Of a DNA stretch of 64,000 bases, positions 29,016-39,237 are shown piece after piece. The translations under genes were made by a program, and so were the position numbers. Source of the DNA: Pseudomonadota bacterium (GTDB lineage: Bacteria > Pseudomonadota > Gammaproteobacteria > Burkholderiales > Eutrophovitaceae). The stretch is from positions 122,636 through 186,635 of the forward strand of contig JAQBTV010000002.1 of the NCBI GenBank assembly GCA_027624715.1, written 5' to 3'. How positions within the stretch are numbered: position 1 is the first letter of the stretch; each line of letters begins with the position of its first letter. Under the pieces are notes generated by a model that saw only the letters and a program-made list of their open reading frames with translations, was not told the DNA's origin and did not search any database.

Positions 29016-30887
29016 TTATTGATGCGATATTTTTTCCTTTCGTAATTGACCAATAAGGGTCAACGTTATGAGTGCCGCTCCAATGATGTCGCTCTCTAGA
29101 CCTGGTTTAATGAGAACTAATGCGGCAGTTAATAAGCTTATGCGTTCCCAGACTGAGGTTACTTTAAATAAGTATCCAGAGAGGCCGGACGCAAGGCATA
29201 TGACGCCAATGACTGCTGTAATACTCGTTTGTACTATTTCCATGCCGGTACCAATGAGCAGCAGAGATGGGCCAAAGACAAACATAAATGGAATGATATA
29301 CCCCGTCGCGCCAAGTCGTAGTGCGGTGATGCTGGAGTCCCAAATTGATGCGCGCGAAATACCATTTGCAGCATACACAGCTAATGCAACGGGGGGAGTG
29401 ATGGCAGATAGAATGGCAAAATAAAAAACAAACATATGGGCGGCCTCAACCATAACGCCTAGCTTCACTAGTGCGGGGACCAATAGTGCGGTTTGCATGA
29501 TGTAAGCGGGTGCGGTTGGCATACCCATACCGAGCAGAATGCCGGCAAAACTAGTTAAAACAAGTGCTAGAAATAGGTGATTATTTGCTGCGGAAAGCAC
29601 TAAATTCGTGAACTCTAACCCTAATCCAGTGATGAAGATCACACCGATGACAATGCCAGCACAAGCGCATGCAAGGGCGACAGTAACGGTATTTTTCGCT
29701 CCTTCCTCAAGCGCTTTCAGTATATTTTTAATGTTTATGTATTCTCGAGTCGTTTTTCGGAGAAGCGCTGTTGGAATGGTGCTCATGATGCCGCACAGCG
29801 CTGCAAATGGCGCGCTAAAACCAAGCATAAGTGTGCCGATAATGATGATTAAGGGAAGGAATAGGTGGCCGCGCTCCTTAAGGACTTTTGATACTTTCGG
29901 AAGTTCAGATTTGTCTAGTCCGTGCATGCCATTTTTTTTAGCTTCAAAATGAATGCTTAGAAATAAAGCAACGTAATAGAGTATCGCCGGTAAGAGGGCG
30001 TACATGGCAACAGTAAGGTAACTGACTCCAAGAAATTCGGCCATTATGAATGCCGTAGCACCCATGATTGGCGGCATGATTTGCCCGCCTGTTGAAGCTA
30101 CGGCTTCGACGGAGCCTGCAAAGGCCGGTTTATAACCAAGTCGTTTCATGAGTGGAATCGTGAATGCCCCAGTTGTCATCACATTTGCAACGGCACTGCC
30201 CGAAACCGTGCCAAACATTCCGCTGGTAATGCATGAGACTTTTGCAGGACCTCCGGCTGAATGACCAGCGAGTCCCATTGCGAAATCCATAAATAATGCA
30301 CCAGTTCCCGTTCTCTCCACGAGTGCACCAAAGAGGATAAACAACATGACGTATGTGGCAGAGACGTATAACGGAATGCCTAAAATACCTTCTGTCCCCA
30401 TATACATTTGCTCGATGACACGTTGAAAATCTACACCGCCAATTGTGAGGGCGTAGGTTAGAAACCCAACAGCCGTGATCGGTAGTGCCCAGCCCACAGC
30501 ACGGCGCGTTCCTTCTAATACTAGGAGTATGGTGATGACGCCGAACGTGAGGTCAATAGGGTTGAGCGGGTCTACATATGTCATACGGCTCACGATATAG
30601 TCTTGATAGAGGACTAAATAGGCGCAAGCGGCAATGCTCAGCACGATCAATATGAAGGATTCAATCTTGACGGTCCGTCGCTGTCCCTCTTTGTTCAAGC
30701 TGCCACTCGTTAAAAATACAAGTATCAACGCGAATGCTAAATGTGTGGCCCTTAAGGTTAGCGCGTCCGGTGGTCCTTGCCATGCGATATATAGGTGAAA
30801 GCCAGACATGGACAGTGCAACTAAAGAAATGATTGTTGCAATCGGACTCATAGTTTTTAGCATCACTTTTTTATCAGTCAACCGCAC
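29016..30887 (-). CDS. TRAP transporter fused 4TM/12TM permease
   Basis: GGPAKV, SGSAVANV, ASTGGQIMPPIMG, LGMGMPT, ITPPVAL. Confidence 0.92.
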   Translation of the reverse strand: MRLTDKKVMLKTMSPIATIISLVALSMSGFHLYIAWQGPPDALTLRATHLAFALILVFLTSGSLNKEGQRRTVKIESFILIVLSIAACAYLVLYQDYIVSRMTYVDPLNPIDLTFGVITILLVLEGTRRAVGWALPITAVGFLTYALTIGGVDFQRVIEQMYMGTEGILGIPLYVSATYVMLFILFGALVERTGTGALFMDFAMGLAGHSAGGPAKVSCITSGMFGTVSGSAVANVMTTGAFTIPLMKRLGYKPAFAGSVEAVASTGGQIMPPIMGATAFIMAEFLGVSYLTVAMYALLPAILYYVALFLSIHFEAKKNGMHGLDKSELPKVSKVLKERGHLFLPLIIIIGTLMLGFSAPFAALCGIMSTIPTALLRKTTREYINIKNILKALEEGAKNTVTVALACACAGIVIGVIFITGLGLEFTNLVLSAANNHLFLALVLTSFAGILLGMGMPTAPAYIMQTALLVPALVKLGVMVEAAHMFVFYFAILSAITPPVALAVYAANGISRASIWDSSITALRLGATGYIIPFMFVFGPSLLLIGTGMEIVQTSITAVIGVICLASGLSGYLFKVTSVWERISLLTAALVLIKPGLESDIIGAALITLTLIGQLRKEKISHQ

Positions 30888-30895
30888 GGCTACTG

Positions 30896-31870
30896 TTAGT
30901 TTTGTTTTTGGTCTTCATACCATTTGCTCGCTCCGGGGTGCATGGGAACACCAATGTCGCGTGTCATGGTTGGTATATCGAGGCCTGCTATGGCTTTGGT
31001 TACCGAAACGAGCTCCATTGATCCCGATACGATAGAGTCAAGAATGTGTCCTATGACCTGATCTTCTACGTCGCAGCGAGCGGTAAGATGCGTATACCAA
31101 AAGATTGTTGGTACATCCTCATTTTGTTCAGGGTAAGTCCCCTTGGGGATAACACCTCGTTCGTATTTTGAATTTATTTTTTGCATTCGCTCATGAGCGT
31201 CCTCCGACATGGGCATTAATTTGACGGACCGAGAGCTGGCCAAATCCATAACAGCTCCGGATGGGATGGTCGTTGTTAAGGTAAATACGTCGGCATTTCC
31301 ATCTTTCATCAGAGATACTGAATCTGTGTACGACCCAAAGCTTACATTTGAGAGGCTTTTATAATCCATGTCATGTGCTTGCAATAAGTGACTGGTAATG
31401 GCCTCTCCTGAAGCGCCTCGAGGTTGGGTTGCTAGAACTTTATCTTTTAGATCAAAGGGTGTGTCTACGCTCGACTCGGCAAGTGTTACTACTTGAAAGT
31501 ACTGTCGGTAAAATGTGGCGACATTACAAATATTTTGAAGTGGCTCCTGAAATGGAGCTCTACCTTCTATTGCGTCTAAGCTTGTCACACTCTGGGCGAG
31601 TGCGATATCTGCTTGTCCGGTATGTAGAGCGAGTACGTTAGAAACTCCACCCCCAGGCAATACTTGAATTTTTATATCTGATTGATCTCTTTCTATAAGG
31701 CCTTTTAGCGCGCCACCCAGTGGGTACCAGGCTCCTCCTTGAGGTCCAGTGACAAGTTTGTATGTTTTGGCGTTGGTGTTTTCTTCTGAGCAGCCGAATA
31801 AGCTGATTGAACCCAAAGCTAGGACAATAGTCATTGCTTTTAAAAAATCGAATTTTGTATGCATGGACAC
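30896..31870 (-). CDS. TAXI-family TRAP solute-binding lipoprotein
   Basis: LFGC lipobox, TGPQGGAWYPLG, GGVSN, PMHPGA. Confidence 0.9.
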   Translation of the reverse strand: MSMHTKFDFLKAMTIVLALGSISLFGCSEENTNAKTYKLVTGPQGGAWYPLGGALKGLIERDQSDIKIQVLPGGGVSNVLALHTGQADIALAQSVTSLDAIEGRAPFQEPLQNICNVATFYRQYFQVVTLAESSVDTPFDLKDKVLATQPRGASGEAITSHLLQAHDMDYKSLSNVSFGSYTDSVSLMKDGNADVFTLTTTIPSGAVMDLASSRSVKLMPMSEDAHERMQKINSKYERGVIPKGTYPEQNEDVPTIFWYTHLTARCDVEDQVIGHILDSIVSGSMELVSVTKAIAGLDIPTMTRDIGVPMHPGASKWYEDQKQN

Positions 31871-31912
31871 GTTGTCTTCCCTCTCAGTTAAATTTTTTCG
31901 GCTAATGTTTCT

Positions 31913-32824
31913 TTAGGCGCGTTCAATTCGGTACCCTACTCTTGGAAAATGGATGCAAACGGTGCCGACACGCTTATTCGTATGAAGTAAACCTATACTA
32001 TTTTTATCTATCGTATGTACTGCACCATCTACTGTCTTTTCTCCAGTATTCCCGTCAAAAACGATGGAGACGCTATCACCAACTGCGATATCTTGTTTGT
32101 CATTGATGTCTGATTTTGACTTGAATGTTGTCTGAGCATTTTGAGCTGTATCCAGCGCTTCCTGCGAGGTCATGTCAGTAGACGTCCCATGTCCAATGTC
32201 CTTGATGGATTGTTCCCAGAGGCAAATATTAGGGAACTCCTCCATAAATTCTTCTCCAATTTCCCAACGCCGCCTAATAAACCAGGTAAGGGCAAATAAA
32301 GAGGCATCTGCTATGGTCGCCTCCTCCCCTAAAAGGAACCCACTCTTATCTTCTATGGCTGTTTCTGCCCAAGAAAACTGAGCTCTGATTTGGGCGATAA
32401 AATTTGGAATCTGTGTCTTAACAGATTCAATGTCTGCGTAGTCTCCTAAGAACAATTTCTTACGGTCTTCTAAAAATTCTTTGGGAAAAACATCTGATGA
32501 GCCTGCAATCGCTACAGCAACTATAGGGTGAAATAATTGATCACTCCAATGATTAATCATTTGAATCAACCCCATGTTCATTGAGGGTGATGGTTGCTGA
32601 CGCTCTATCTCAGATAAAATTCTTTGGCTATCGCAGAAAATATCAGCACCTATCTGCATGATCGGGGTTCGCCTATACCCGCCTGATAGCGGAATAACAT
32701 CAGGTTTTGGCGGAAGGTTAGGTATCTCTACGGAGCGCCAAGATATGTTCTTTAAGCCAAAAATAACCCTAATTTTTTCTGAAATGGGAGAGGTGAGATA
32801 GTGGTGAAGGATAAGTTCAGACAT
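31913..32824 (-). CDS. Glutathione S-transferase family protein
   Basis: LHHYLTSPISEK, GGYRRTP, CDS, C-terminal HFPRVGY. Confidence 0.88.
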   Translation of the reverse strand: MSELILHHYLTSPISEKIRVIFGLKNISWRSVEIPNLPPKPDVIPLSGGYRRTPIMQIGADIFCDSQRILSEIERQQPSPSMNMGLIQMINHWSDQLFHPIVAVAIAGSSDVFPKEFLEDRKKLFLGDYADIESVKTQIPNFIAQIRAQFSWAETAIEDKSGFLLGEEATIADASLFALTWFIRRRWEIGEEFMEEFPNICLWEQSIKDIGHGTSTDMTSQEALDTAQNAQTTFKSKSDINDKQDIAVGDSVSIVFDGNTGEKTVDGAVHTIDKNSIGLLHTNKRVGTVCIHFPRVGYRIERA

Positions 32825-32886
32825 TTAGCAGATCCTTTTTATAAACCTAGATGATTATTTGGAGCGCGAGGAACGCAGGCTACAGT

Positions 32887-33663
32887 TTAGCCGGCAATGG
32901 TGATTCCACCATCGACGACAATGGTTTGCCCAGTGATATACGCGGAGGCATCGGAGGCCAAGAAAAGCGCAACACCAGCAATATCGTTAGGGTCACCCAA
33001 TCGCTTTAGTGCCGTTTTTTGTTCGTAGTCAGTACGCGTTATTGGGTCCTCCCATAACACTTTTGCAAAATCGGTTCGGATAAGACCGGGGGCAATTCCA
33101 TTCACTTTTATTTTTTTGTCACCTAGTTCTATCGCAAGATTTCGAATTAATTGCATATCTGCAGCTTTTGAAATCGCATAGGCCCCAAGTCCTGGGGTTC
33201 CTTTGAGTCCTGCTATTGAGGAAACAATAAGTATAGCGCCTCCGTTTCTAGTTTCCATATGTGGTGTCACTAGGGAGGATAGCCAGTGATTACTCAGAAT
33301 ATTATTATTTAATATCTTTTCAAATACTGCATCTGGAATATCCTTTAATTGTCCGTAAAAGGGGTTGGATGCCGCATTACACACGAGGATATCAATGCCT
33401 CCGTATGTTTCTCTTGAGAAGTGCACTAAATCTTCAAGGCTAGATTTATCCGATATATTTGCGGTAGTCGCCGTCGCCTCACCGCCGAACGCTCGTATGT
33501 GATTGACAACCTCCTGACAGGCTTCAATTTTTCTGCTCGATACGATAACTTTTGCTCCATATCGGGCATAAGCAATTGCTATAGATTTTCCAATCCCTCG
33601 GCTCGCCCCTGTGATAATGGCGACTTTATTATCCAAGCGAAAGAAATTCGTTACGTCGGTCAT
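32887..33663 (-). CDS. Short-chain dehydrogenase/reductase (DHRS4-like)
   Basis: TGASRGIG, NAASNP, YAISK, APGLIRTDF. Confidence 0.9.
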   Translation of the reverse strand: MTDVTNFFRLDNKVAIITGASRGIGKSIAIAYARYGAKVIVSSRKIEACQEVVNHIRAFGGEATATTANISDKSSLEDLVHFSRETYGGIDILVCNAASNPFYGQLKDIPDAVFEKILNNNILSNHWLSSLVTPHMETRNGGAILIVSSIAGLKGTPGLGAYAISKAADMQLIRNLAIELGDKKIKVNGIAPGLIRTDFAKVLWEDPITRTDYEQKTALKRLGDPNDIAGVALFLASDASAYITGQTIVVDGGITIAG

Positions 33664-33727
33664 GCGTTTAAATCTCCTGTTATCGCGAATGTTTGGTGAC
33701 TCATCGGATTAGCGAAATACGAAATAA

Positions 33728-34027
33728 TTACCACCATATTACTTCACACTTACGAGCTTCTGCGCGTTCAAATAAATCAAAAAGAGGTTTAGACCTCGTA
33801 TTTAACGGAATATTAATTTCATTATTTTGATTGTTATCATCGTTCATAAACGATTGCGAGAGTGATGGATGAGCGCGAGCACGTCTCAACGCGTCGAGAA
33901 TGTCATTTGGCAATATAGCGCTTGGGATCGCGCCAGAGAGTCCCATTAATTTAAGTAGCGGTATCGCGTGCTCCTTAAACATAATTAGGTTTCCAATGCG
34001 ACTTTCAAATTGAACAATCTTGGGCAT
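33728..34027 (-). CDS. DUF1840-like small protein
   Basis: F-S..G.LIMF..HA..LL.LMG, GAI-like PSAI and terminal VIW pattern. Confidence 0.65.
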   Translation of the reverse strand: MPKIVQFESRIGNLIMFKEHAIPLLKLMGLSGAIPSAILPNDILDALRRARAHPSLSQSFMNDDNNQNNEINIPLNTRSKPLFDLFERAEARKCEVIWW

Positions 34028-34105
34028 GGGCCATCTTAGAGTTAGACTCCAAATTCATCAAAATTGTTTATGATAATCTGGAATTTTAGTGTCCTAAGAG
34101 TAAGG

Positions 34106-34651
34106 TTATAGAGCTCCTGACTCAATGTTTTGCTTCATTGCCTCGAGCCCAATGGAATAGACTCTGTTGTAGATTTCCACTAGGGCCGCATCGTCTTTGC
34201 CCGCTGTTGGGCTATCTGCCCAGTATTGTAAGCGTTTAAACCTAGCTTTCCATTCGACCTGTGATTTGCCGTTTTTTACCTCTGTCACCGTTATCGTTGA
34301 ATAGTAATCACTCGAGATTGGTACGCCCTGGGCGTAGGTATAAGAGATGATCATATTGTAAGGATCATACTCCACGAGTCGCTCTTCTATTTTGGTTCCG
34401 TTGCCTCGGGTTAATAAACGAATAGCACCTAGCTCCCTATTTTTTCCAAGTATGATTTGAGTATCCTTTATAAAAAAGAGCCAATGATGCAAGCCACCGA
34501 AGTCACTAACGATATCCCAGACTTTCTCGGTGGGAGCATTGATCTCAATGGTGTGTCGAACGCTCAGTTCTGGCGGATCCGCAGAATAGGCTGAATGCGC
34601 GAATGATAATAGAATGCTGGTGATAGCGCTAACTGTAAATCGCAAGATCAT
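34106..34651 (-). CDS. Exported SRPBCC-family protein (MxaD-like)
   Basis: Signal peptide ending AYS-A; IEINAPTEKVW..VSDFG; VEWKARFKR; YSIGL; ATG 34651 after GGAGAG. Confidence 0.72.
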   Translation of the reverse strand: MILRFTVSAITSILLSFAHSAYSADPPELSVRHTIEINAPTEKVWDIVSDFGGLHHWLFFIKDTQIILGKNRELGAIRLLTRGNGTKIEERLVEYDPYNMIISYTYAQGVPISSDYYSTITVTEVKNGKSQVEWKARFKRLQYWADSPTAGKDDAALVEIYNRVYSIGLEAMKQNIESGAL

Positions 34652-34763
34652 TTTTTTCTCTCCGGTCACGTGTGCTCGATTATTATTTCTTTTTTCATAT
34701 CGTCATAATGTAACACGAGGTTAGAACGCTTACAGATTAATGAGTGATTGTCTCTATTTAACA

Positions 34764-36302
34764 ATGAATATTGCACAGATACTGCTAAAAGCTTACCAGT
34801 CACATCCCGATCGATCTGCGATATCGGTCGGGATGGATACGTTATATACCTATCGTTTGTTCTATGAGCGAGTTCGTTGCCTTGCAACATCTATGAGGGA
34901 AGATCTATGCCTTAAGCCCGGTGATCGGATTGCTATTGTGATGCCAAACCATCCTGAATATATCGTCATTCGATATGCGACTTGGTACGCTGGCTTATCC
35001 GTTGTGCCAATTAACTCAAAGCTCCACGCTTTAGAGATCAGCTATATGTTGGAACACTCTGGGTCGACCGTATGTTTTGTATCTAAGAACCTCGCGGGAG
35101 AGTTTTTTCCTGTGTCATCGAATTGTGCAGTTGTCTCTCGTGTGATCGATGTGGATTCAAATGAATATTGTGTATTGACTGATTCGCGCCCAGCGATTGA
35201 TATGGAAGACAGGCAACCTGATGATCTTGCCTGGTTGTTTTATACCAGCGGAACGACTGGCAAGCCCAAGGGCGTGATGATCTCACACCAAAATATGCTT
35301 ATGGGGGGAATGGCTTACTTGGTAGACGTCGATGATGTGAGTGCTTCAGATAGTATTATCCATGCAGCCCCGCTATCCCATGGTTCCGGTTTTTATGATT
35401 TGCCTCATGTGATGAAATGTGCCAATCAAATCATACCTCGCAGTGGGCAATTTGATCCGAATGAGGTCTTGGATCTAATACAACGATGGAATGGCGTATC
35501 TATGTTTTTGGCGCCTACGATGGTCAAGCGACTTGTGCAAATTCAAGAGGTTTCTGAATGCTCACTTGAAGGATTAAAGACAATTGTCTACGGTGGGGGA
35601 CCTATGTATGTTCATGATATTAAGCAAGCTCTGGATATTTTAGGTCCCCGTTTTGTTCAGATCTACGGCCAAGGTGAATCCCCGATGACTATTACCGTCT
35701 TGTCTAGAGCGACGATCAATGACTCGTCACATGAAAGATATGATGAGCGCCTCGCTTCAGTTGGTATTGCGCATAGCGTTGTGTCGATGCGTATTCTTGG
35801 TGAGAATGGGTCTCCGGCGCTTGTGGGTCAGATGGGCGAAGTTATTGTAAAGGGCGCAGTCGTCGCCTCTGGATATTGGAATGATGAGGAAGCGACTCAA
35901 GCTGCTTGGAAAGATGGCTGGTTACACACTGGAGATATTGGTTTTTTTGATAATGATGGATTCTTGACTTTGATCGGACGGTCGAAAGATTTAATTATAA
36001 GTGGCGGTTCCAATATTTATCCTCGTGAGATCGAAGAGGTTTTGTTGACACATCACTCAGTAAGTGAGGTAGCCGTCGTTGGTCAGTTTAGTGAAGAATG
36101 GGGTGAGAGCGTTGTAGCTTTTGTAGTGCTATCACAAGGGGCTTTTGCGGATGAGCAGGCTTTGGATGAATGCTGTCTTGATAGAATTGCTCGATTTAAG
36201 CGCCCAAAAACTTATCACTTTGTCGAATCTTTGCCTAAAAATAACTACGGTAAAGTGCTTAAAACAGATCTACGTCAGTTACTGCTGTCCAAACGAAATT
36301 AG
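34764..36302 (+). CDS. AMP-dependent acyl-CoA ligase
   Basis: YTSGTTGKPKG, YGQGE, LHTGDIG, PKNNYGKVLK. Confidence 0.9.
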   Translation: MNIAQILLKAYQSHPDRSAISVGMDTLYTYRLFYERVRCLATSMREDLCLKPGDRIAIVMPNHPEYIVIRYATWYAGLSVVPINSKLHALEISYMLEHSGSTVCFVSKNLAGEFFPVSSNCAVVSRVIDVDSNEYCVLTDSRPAIDMEDRQPDDLAWLFYTSGTTGKPKGVMISHQNMLMGGMAYLVDVDDVSASDSIIHAAPLSHGSGFYDLPHVMKCANQIIPRSGQFDPNEVLDLIQRWNGVSMFLAPTMVKRLVQIQEVSECSLEGLKTIVYGGGPMYVHDIKQALDILGPRFVQIYGQGESPMTITVLSRATINDSSHERYDERLASVGIAHSVVSMRILGENGSPALVGQMGEVIVKGAVVASGYWNDEEATQAAWKDGWLHTGDIGFFDNDGFLTLIGRSKDLIISGGSNIYPREIEEVLLTHHSVSEVAVVGQFSEEWGESVVAFVVLSQGAFADEQALDECCLDRIARFKRPKTYHFVESLPKNNYGKVLKTDLRQLLLSKRN

Positions 36303-36922
36303 CTTTGTTTGATAGCCGAACCGCTGTACAAATGTCCTACAACTTTTGGCACGTGATCAGCATAGATTGTTTTGTGATCAAACAGTTGAAAACCGTTACT
36401 GGCGATTAGGGCAAAAATATCTCGGGTGAGGTGACACCCTCCAGCTAAAGGTTTCCAGATCGGCTCTATTCTCTGCTGCCATTTTTTGAGATGTGGACTG
36501 TCACTGATGCCATGTTCGCAAAAGTGAAGTAAGCCTTTTGGTTTAAGTGTTCGTTTAATTTCTCTAATTGCGATTTCTGGATTCGGAATAGTGCAGAAAG
36601 AGAAAGTAACAACTGCTGAATCAAACTGCCGATCGGAGAATGGGAGCTGCTCTGAAATTCCAGCGATTAAATTTATCTTGGGGGTTTTGTTAGGGTTGCT
36701 GCGCTGGGCTATTTTGAGTAGTGACTCGTTGGGATCGATTCCGGTTATTTCTGTGATTTGATCCTGCTTATAGAAATCGAGATTTAGAGAGGAACCTATG
36801 CCTATTTCAAGAACTGCACCTTTGGCTCGACTGACAATATCTTCTCGATGACTTTTCAGTGAAGACAGTCCGCATGCGCAGTTAAGTATCGGAGGAAGAA
36901 TATATTTTTCGTAAAAATTCAT
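36299..36922 (-). CDS. Class I SAM-dependent methyltransferase
   Basis: VLEIGIGS, LPF...FD, CEHG, GGCHLTRD. Confidence 0.88.
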   Translation of the reverse strand: MNFYEKYILPPILNCACGLSSLKSHREDIVSRAKGAVLEIGIGSSLNLDFYKQDQITEITGIDPNESLLKIAQRSNPNKTPKINLIAGISEQLPFSDRQFDSAVVTFSFCTIPNPEIAIREIKRTLKPKGLLHFCEHGISDSPHLKKWQQRIEPIWKPLAGGCHLTRDIFALIASNGFQLFDHKTIYADHVPKVVGHLYSGSAIKQS

Positions 36923-37110
36923 CAGTTTTTATAATGAGTTACCATATAGGTTGGATTATTAAAGCTACTAATTGTTGGTAGTACAGTAAATTCAGACTAT
37001 CAGAATGTCGTGTTTGAGTCGAATTCGAAGTTAGAATAAGCCCTCGTGGATAGATTTGGGCTTTTTATCGAGGCTGTTTCCGACCACCATTACATTTAAA
37101 AGGGGTTTTA

Positions 37111-37359
37111 ATGGCGAAGGAAGAATTAATTCAAATGGACGGCACTATACAAGAGGTGTTGCCCAATACGACCTTTAGGGTTGAGCTTGAAAATGGCATT
37201 GAGGTTATTGCTTATGCATCTGGAAAAATGCGTAAAAATAGAATTCGAATCACTGCGGGTGACCGAGTTTCGGTTGAGATTTCCCCCTATGATTTAACCA
37301 AGGCGCGTATTAATTTCCGACATCGAGAGGATAGACCTTCGGCGCCTCCAGCGAACTAG
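37111..37359 (+). CDS. infA: Translation initiation factor IF-1 (stand-alone paralogue)
   Basis: MAKEE...[15 protein letters not shown]...SGKMR...GDRV...YDLTKARI. Confidence 0.95.
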   Translation: MAKEELIQMDGTIQEVLPNTTFRVELENGIEVIAYASGKMRKNRIRITAGDRVSVEISPYDLTKARINFRHREDRPSAPPAN

Positions 37360-37453
37360 CTGCAGTTAAAATCATCTATTGAAATTTTTCCAAAATCTGA
37401 CGGAATCTTCACACGGGTGGCGACTCTAGCCCACGATTGTATGAGGTTGTGTT

Positions 37454-38650
37454 ATGCCAGGTCCTCTTGACGGTGTCAAAATTCTAGATCTAACGTCCGT
37501 AGTCATGGGCCCTTTTGCGACCCAAATACTGGCTGAGTTAGGTGCAGAGGTGGTCAAGGTTGAACCCTTCTCAGGTGACAATATGAGAGACGTCGGACCT
37601 ATGCTAAATCCTCATATGGGGCACTTGCATTTACATTTAAACCGTGGGAAAAAGGGTATCGCTGTTAATTTGAAACATCCATCGGGGATTGACGTTATCA
37701 AAAAGTTAATTCTGCGTAGTGACGTTTTAATTTACAACGTGAGACCAAACGCGATGCAGAGATTAGGGTTGTCTTACACTGATGTGAGCGCACTGAACCC
37801 AGATATTATCTACGTAGGCGCTTATGGATACTCAGAAAATGGCCTTCGAGCGGGGCAGGCGGCCTATGATGATCTGATACAAGGTAGTACCGGCGTGCCT
37901 TGGCTTGTTTCCAAGGAAGGTCGGGAAAAACCTAGTTATGTACCTCTTAATTTTGCGGACCGTGTGACTGGATTGCACGCTGTTTATGCTGTGACAGCGG
38001 CCTTGTATCAGCGAGAAAAGTCAGGTCGAGGTCAGTCAGTAGAGGTTCCTATGTTTGAGGCGATATCACACTTCGTGCTGGGGGATCATATGGCGGGCCT
38101 GAGTTTTCAACCGCCAATCGGACCTTCGGGCTATGAACGGCTAAAACACCGACGCGTTTATGAGACAAAAAATGGCTTTATTTGCGCTTTGGTTTATAAC
38201 GAAGCGCAATGGACCAGATTTTGGGCGGCTATGAATCAATCTGAAATGATGAATGACCCAAAGTTTATAACGCATTCTGCTAGAGCTCAAAATATTGGTG
38301 AGATATATGATCTTTTATCAGAGATGATTAAAAATGAGGATACGGACTATTGGATGTCTTTTTTTCAGGACATTGATGTTCCTGTCGCTAAAATGAATAC
38401 CGTAGATGACTTGTTGACGGATGATCATCTCCGAGAGACGGGATTTTTTATTAATGAGGAACATCCAACCGAAGGTAGTTTGTACGCGACAAAGACGCCC
38501 AGCAATTGGTCTCATTCGTCACCAGAAAGAGTTACCCCAGCACCAACCTTGGGTCAGCATACACGAGAAGTATTGAGCGAACTCGCGTACAGTGAGGATC
38601 AAGTTAATGACTTAATACAGACTGGTGCGGTTTCAGATGGATCATCTTGA
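37454..38650 (+). CDS. CaiB/BaiF family III CoA-transferase
   Basis: GPLDGVKILDL, GAEVVKVEP, NRGKK, AYDDLIQ, APTLGQHT. Confidence 0.92.
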   Translation: MPGPLDGVKILDLTSVVMGPFATQILAELGAEVVKVEPFSGDNMRDVGPMLNPHMGHLHLHLNRGKKGIAVNLKHPSGIDVIKKLILRSDVLIYNVRPNAMQRLGLSYTDVSALNPDIIYVGAYGYSENGLRAGQAAYDDLIQGSTGVPWLVSKEGREKPSYVPLNFADRVTGLHAVYAVTAALYQREKSGRGQSVEVPMFEAISHFVLGDHMAGLSFQPPIGPSGYERLKHRRVYETKNGFICALVYNEAQWTRFWAAMNQSEMMNDPKFITHSARAQNIGEIYDLLSEMIKNEDTDYWMSFFQDIDVPVAKMNTVDDLLTDDHLRETGFFINEEHPTEGSLYATKTPSNWSHSSPERVTPAPTLGQHTREVLSELAYSEDQVNDLIQTGAVSDGSS

Positions 38651-38661
38651 CCACTTTAGTT

Positions 38662-39057
38662 TCAGGGTAGTTTAAATCCGCCACCTGGACCCGCATTAGT
38701 TCCAACTCCAGACATGCTTCCAGGCAGAACGATGGATGAGGTTTGTTCCCGACGCATTTCTTGGAGTTCCTTAATTGCTTTTTCTACAGCAACTTTACCA
38801 GCATCGCCATATTTCTCGACAGCTTCCGCTAACGAGTGTGCTTCTATTTGAAATGCAATAGGAAGCGCCCCCATTGGTGTCATGATTTGCGTTTCTCCAG
38901 CATAAATCGTTTGTCGTTCAGGATCATCAGCTCCGTTCGCCGTAATTGGGTTTGAGATCCGTATTGTGCCGATTCGCCGATCTGTGACGATTACTTCTCG
39001 GAATAAACTTGATTGGTCCATCGCCAGTTTGTCGATTGGTCTTTGTTCTTTAGCCAT
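38662..39057 (-). CDS. Hypothetical protein, probably conserved
   Basis: Protein-like 131-aa ORF with AAGGAA RBS; LFRE..TDRRIGTIR and QIMTPMGALPI.F.IEA resemble a widespread uncharacterised proteobacterial family. Confidence 0.75.
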   Translation of the reverse strand: MAKEQRPIDKLAMDQSSLFREVIVTDRRIGTIRISNPITANGADDPERQTIYAGETQIMTPMGALPIAFQIEAHSLAEAVEKYGDAGKVAVEKAIKELQEMRREQTSSIVLPGSMSGVGTNAGPGGGFKLP

Positions 39058-39205
39058 TAAACGTTTATTCCTTATAGATAGGGTTTGGAGTCTCTAATTA
39101 CCTGTAAGGATATCAAAGGTTTGTACGTTCGACAAAGTACCCCTTTTGTATCAAGTGTTACAGGGTTTATTGAAGGGCGCCTACGGGCTGAATTTTTTTA
39201 ATAAT

Positions 39206-39233
39206 TTGACAGGTTCGTAAAAAGTGTTACATT
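39206..39233 (+). promoter_or_regulatory. Strong sigma70 promoter
   Basis: TTGACA (39206-11), 16-nt spacer ending TGt, TACATT (39228-33); AT-rich UP-like tract upstream. Confidence 0.7.
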
Positions 39234-39237
39234 AAGC

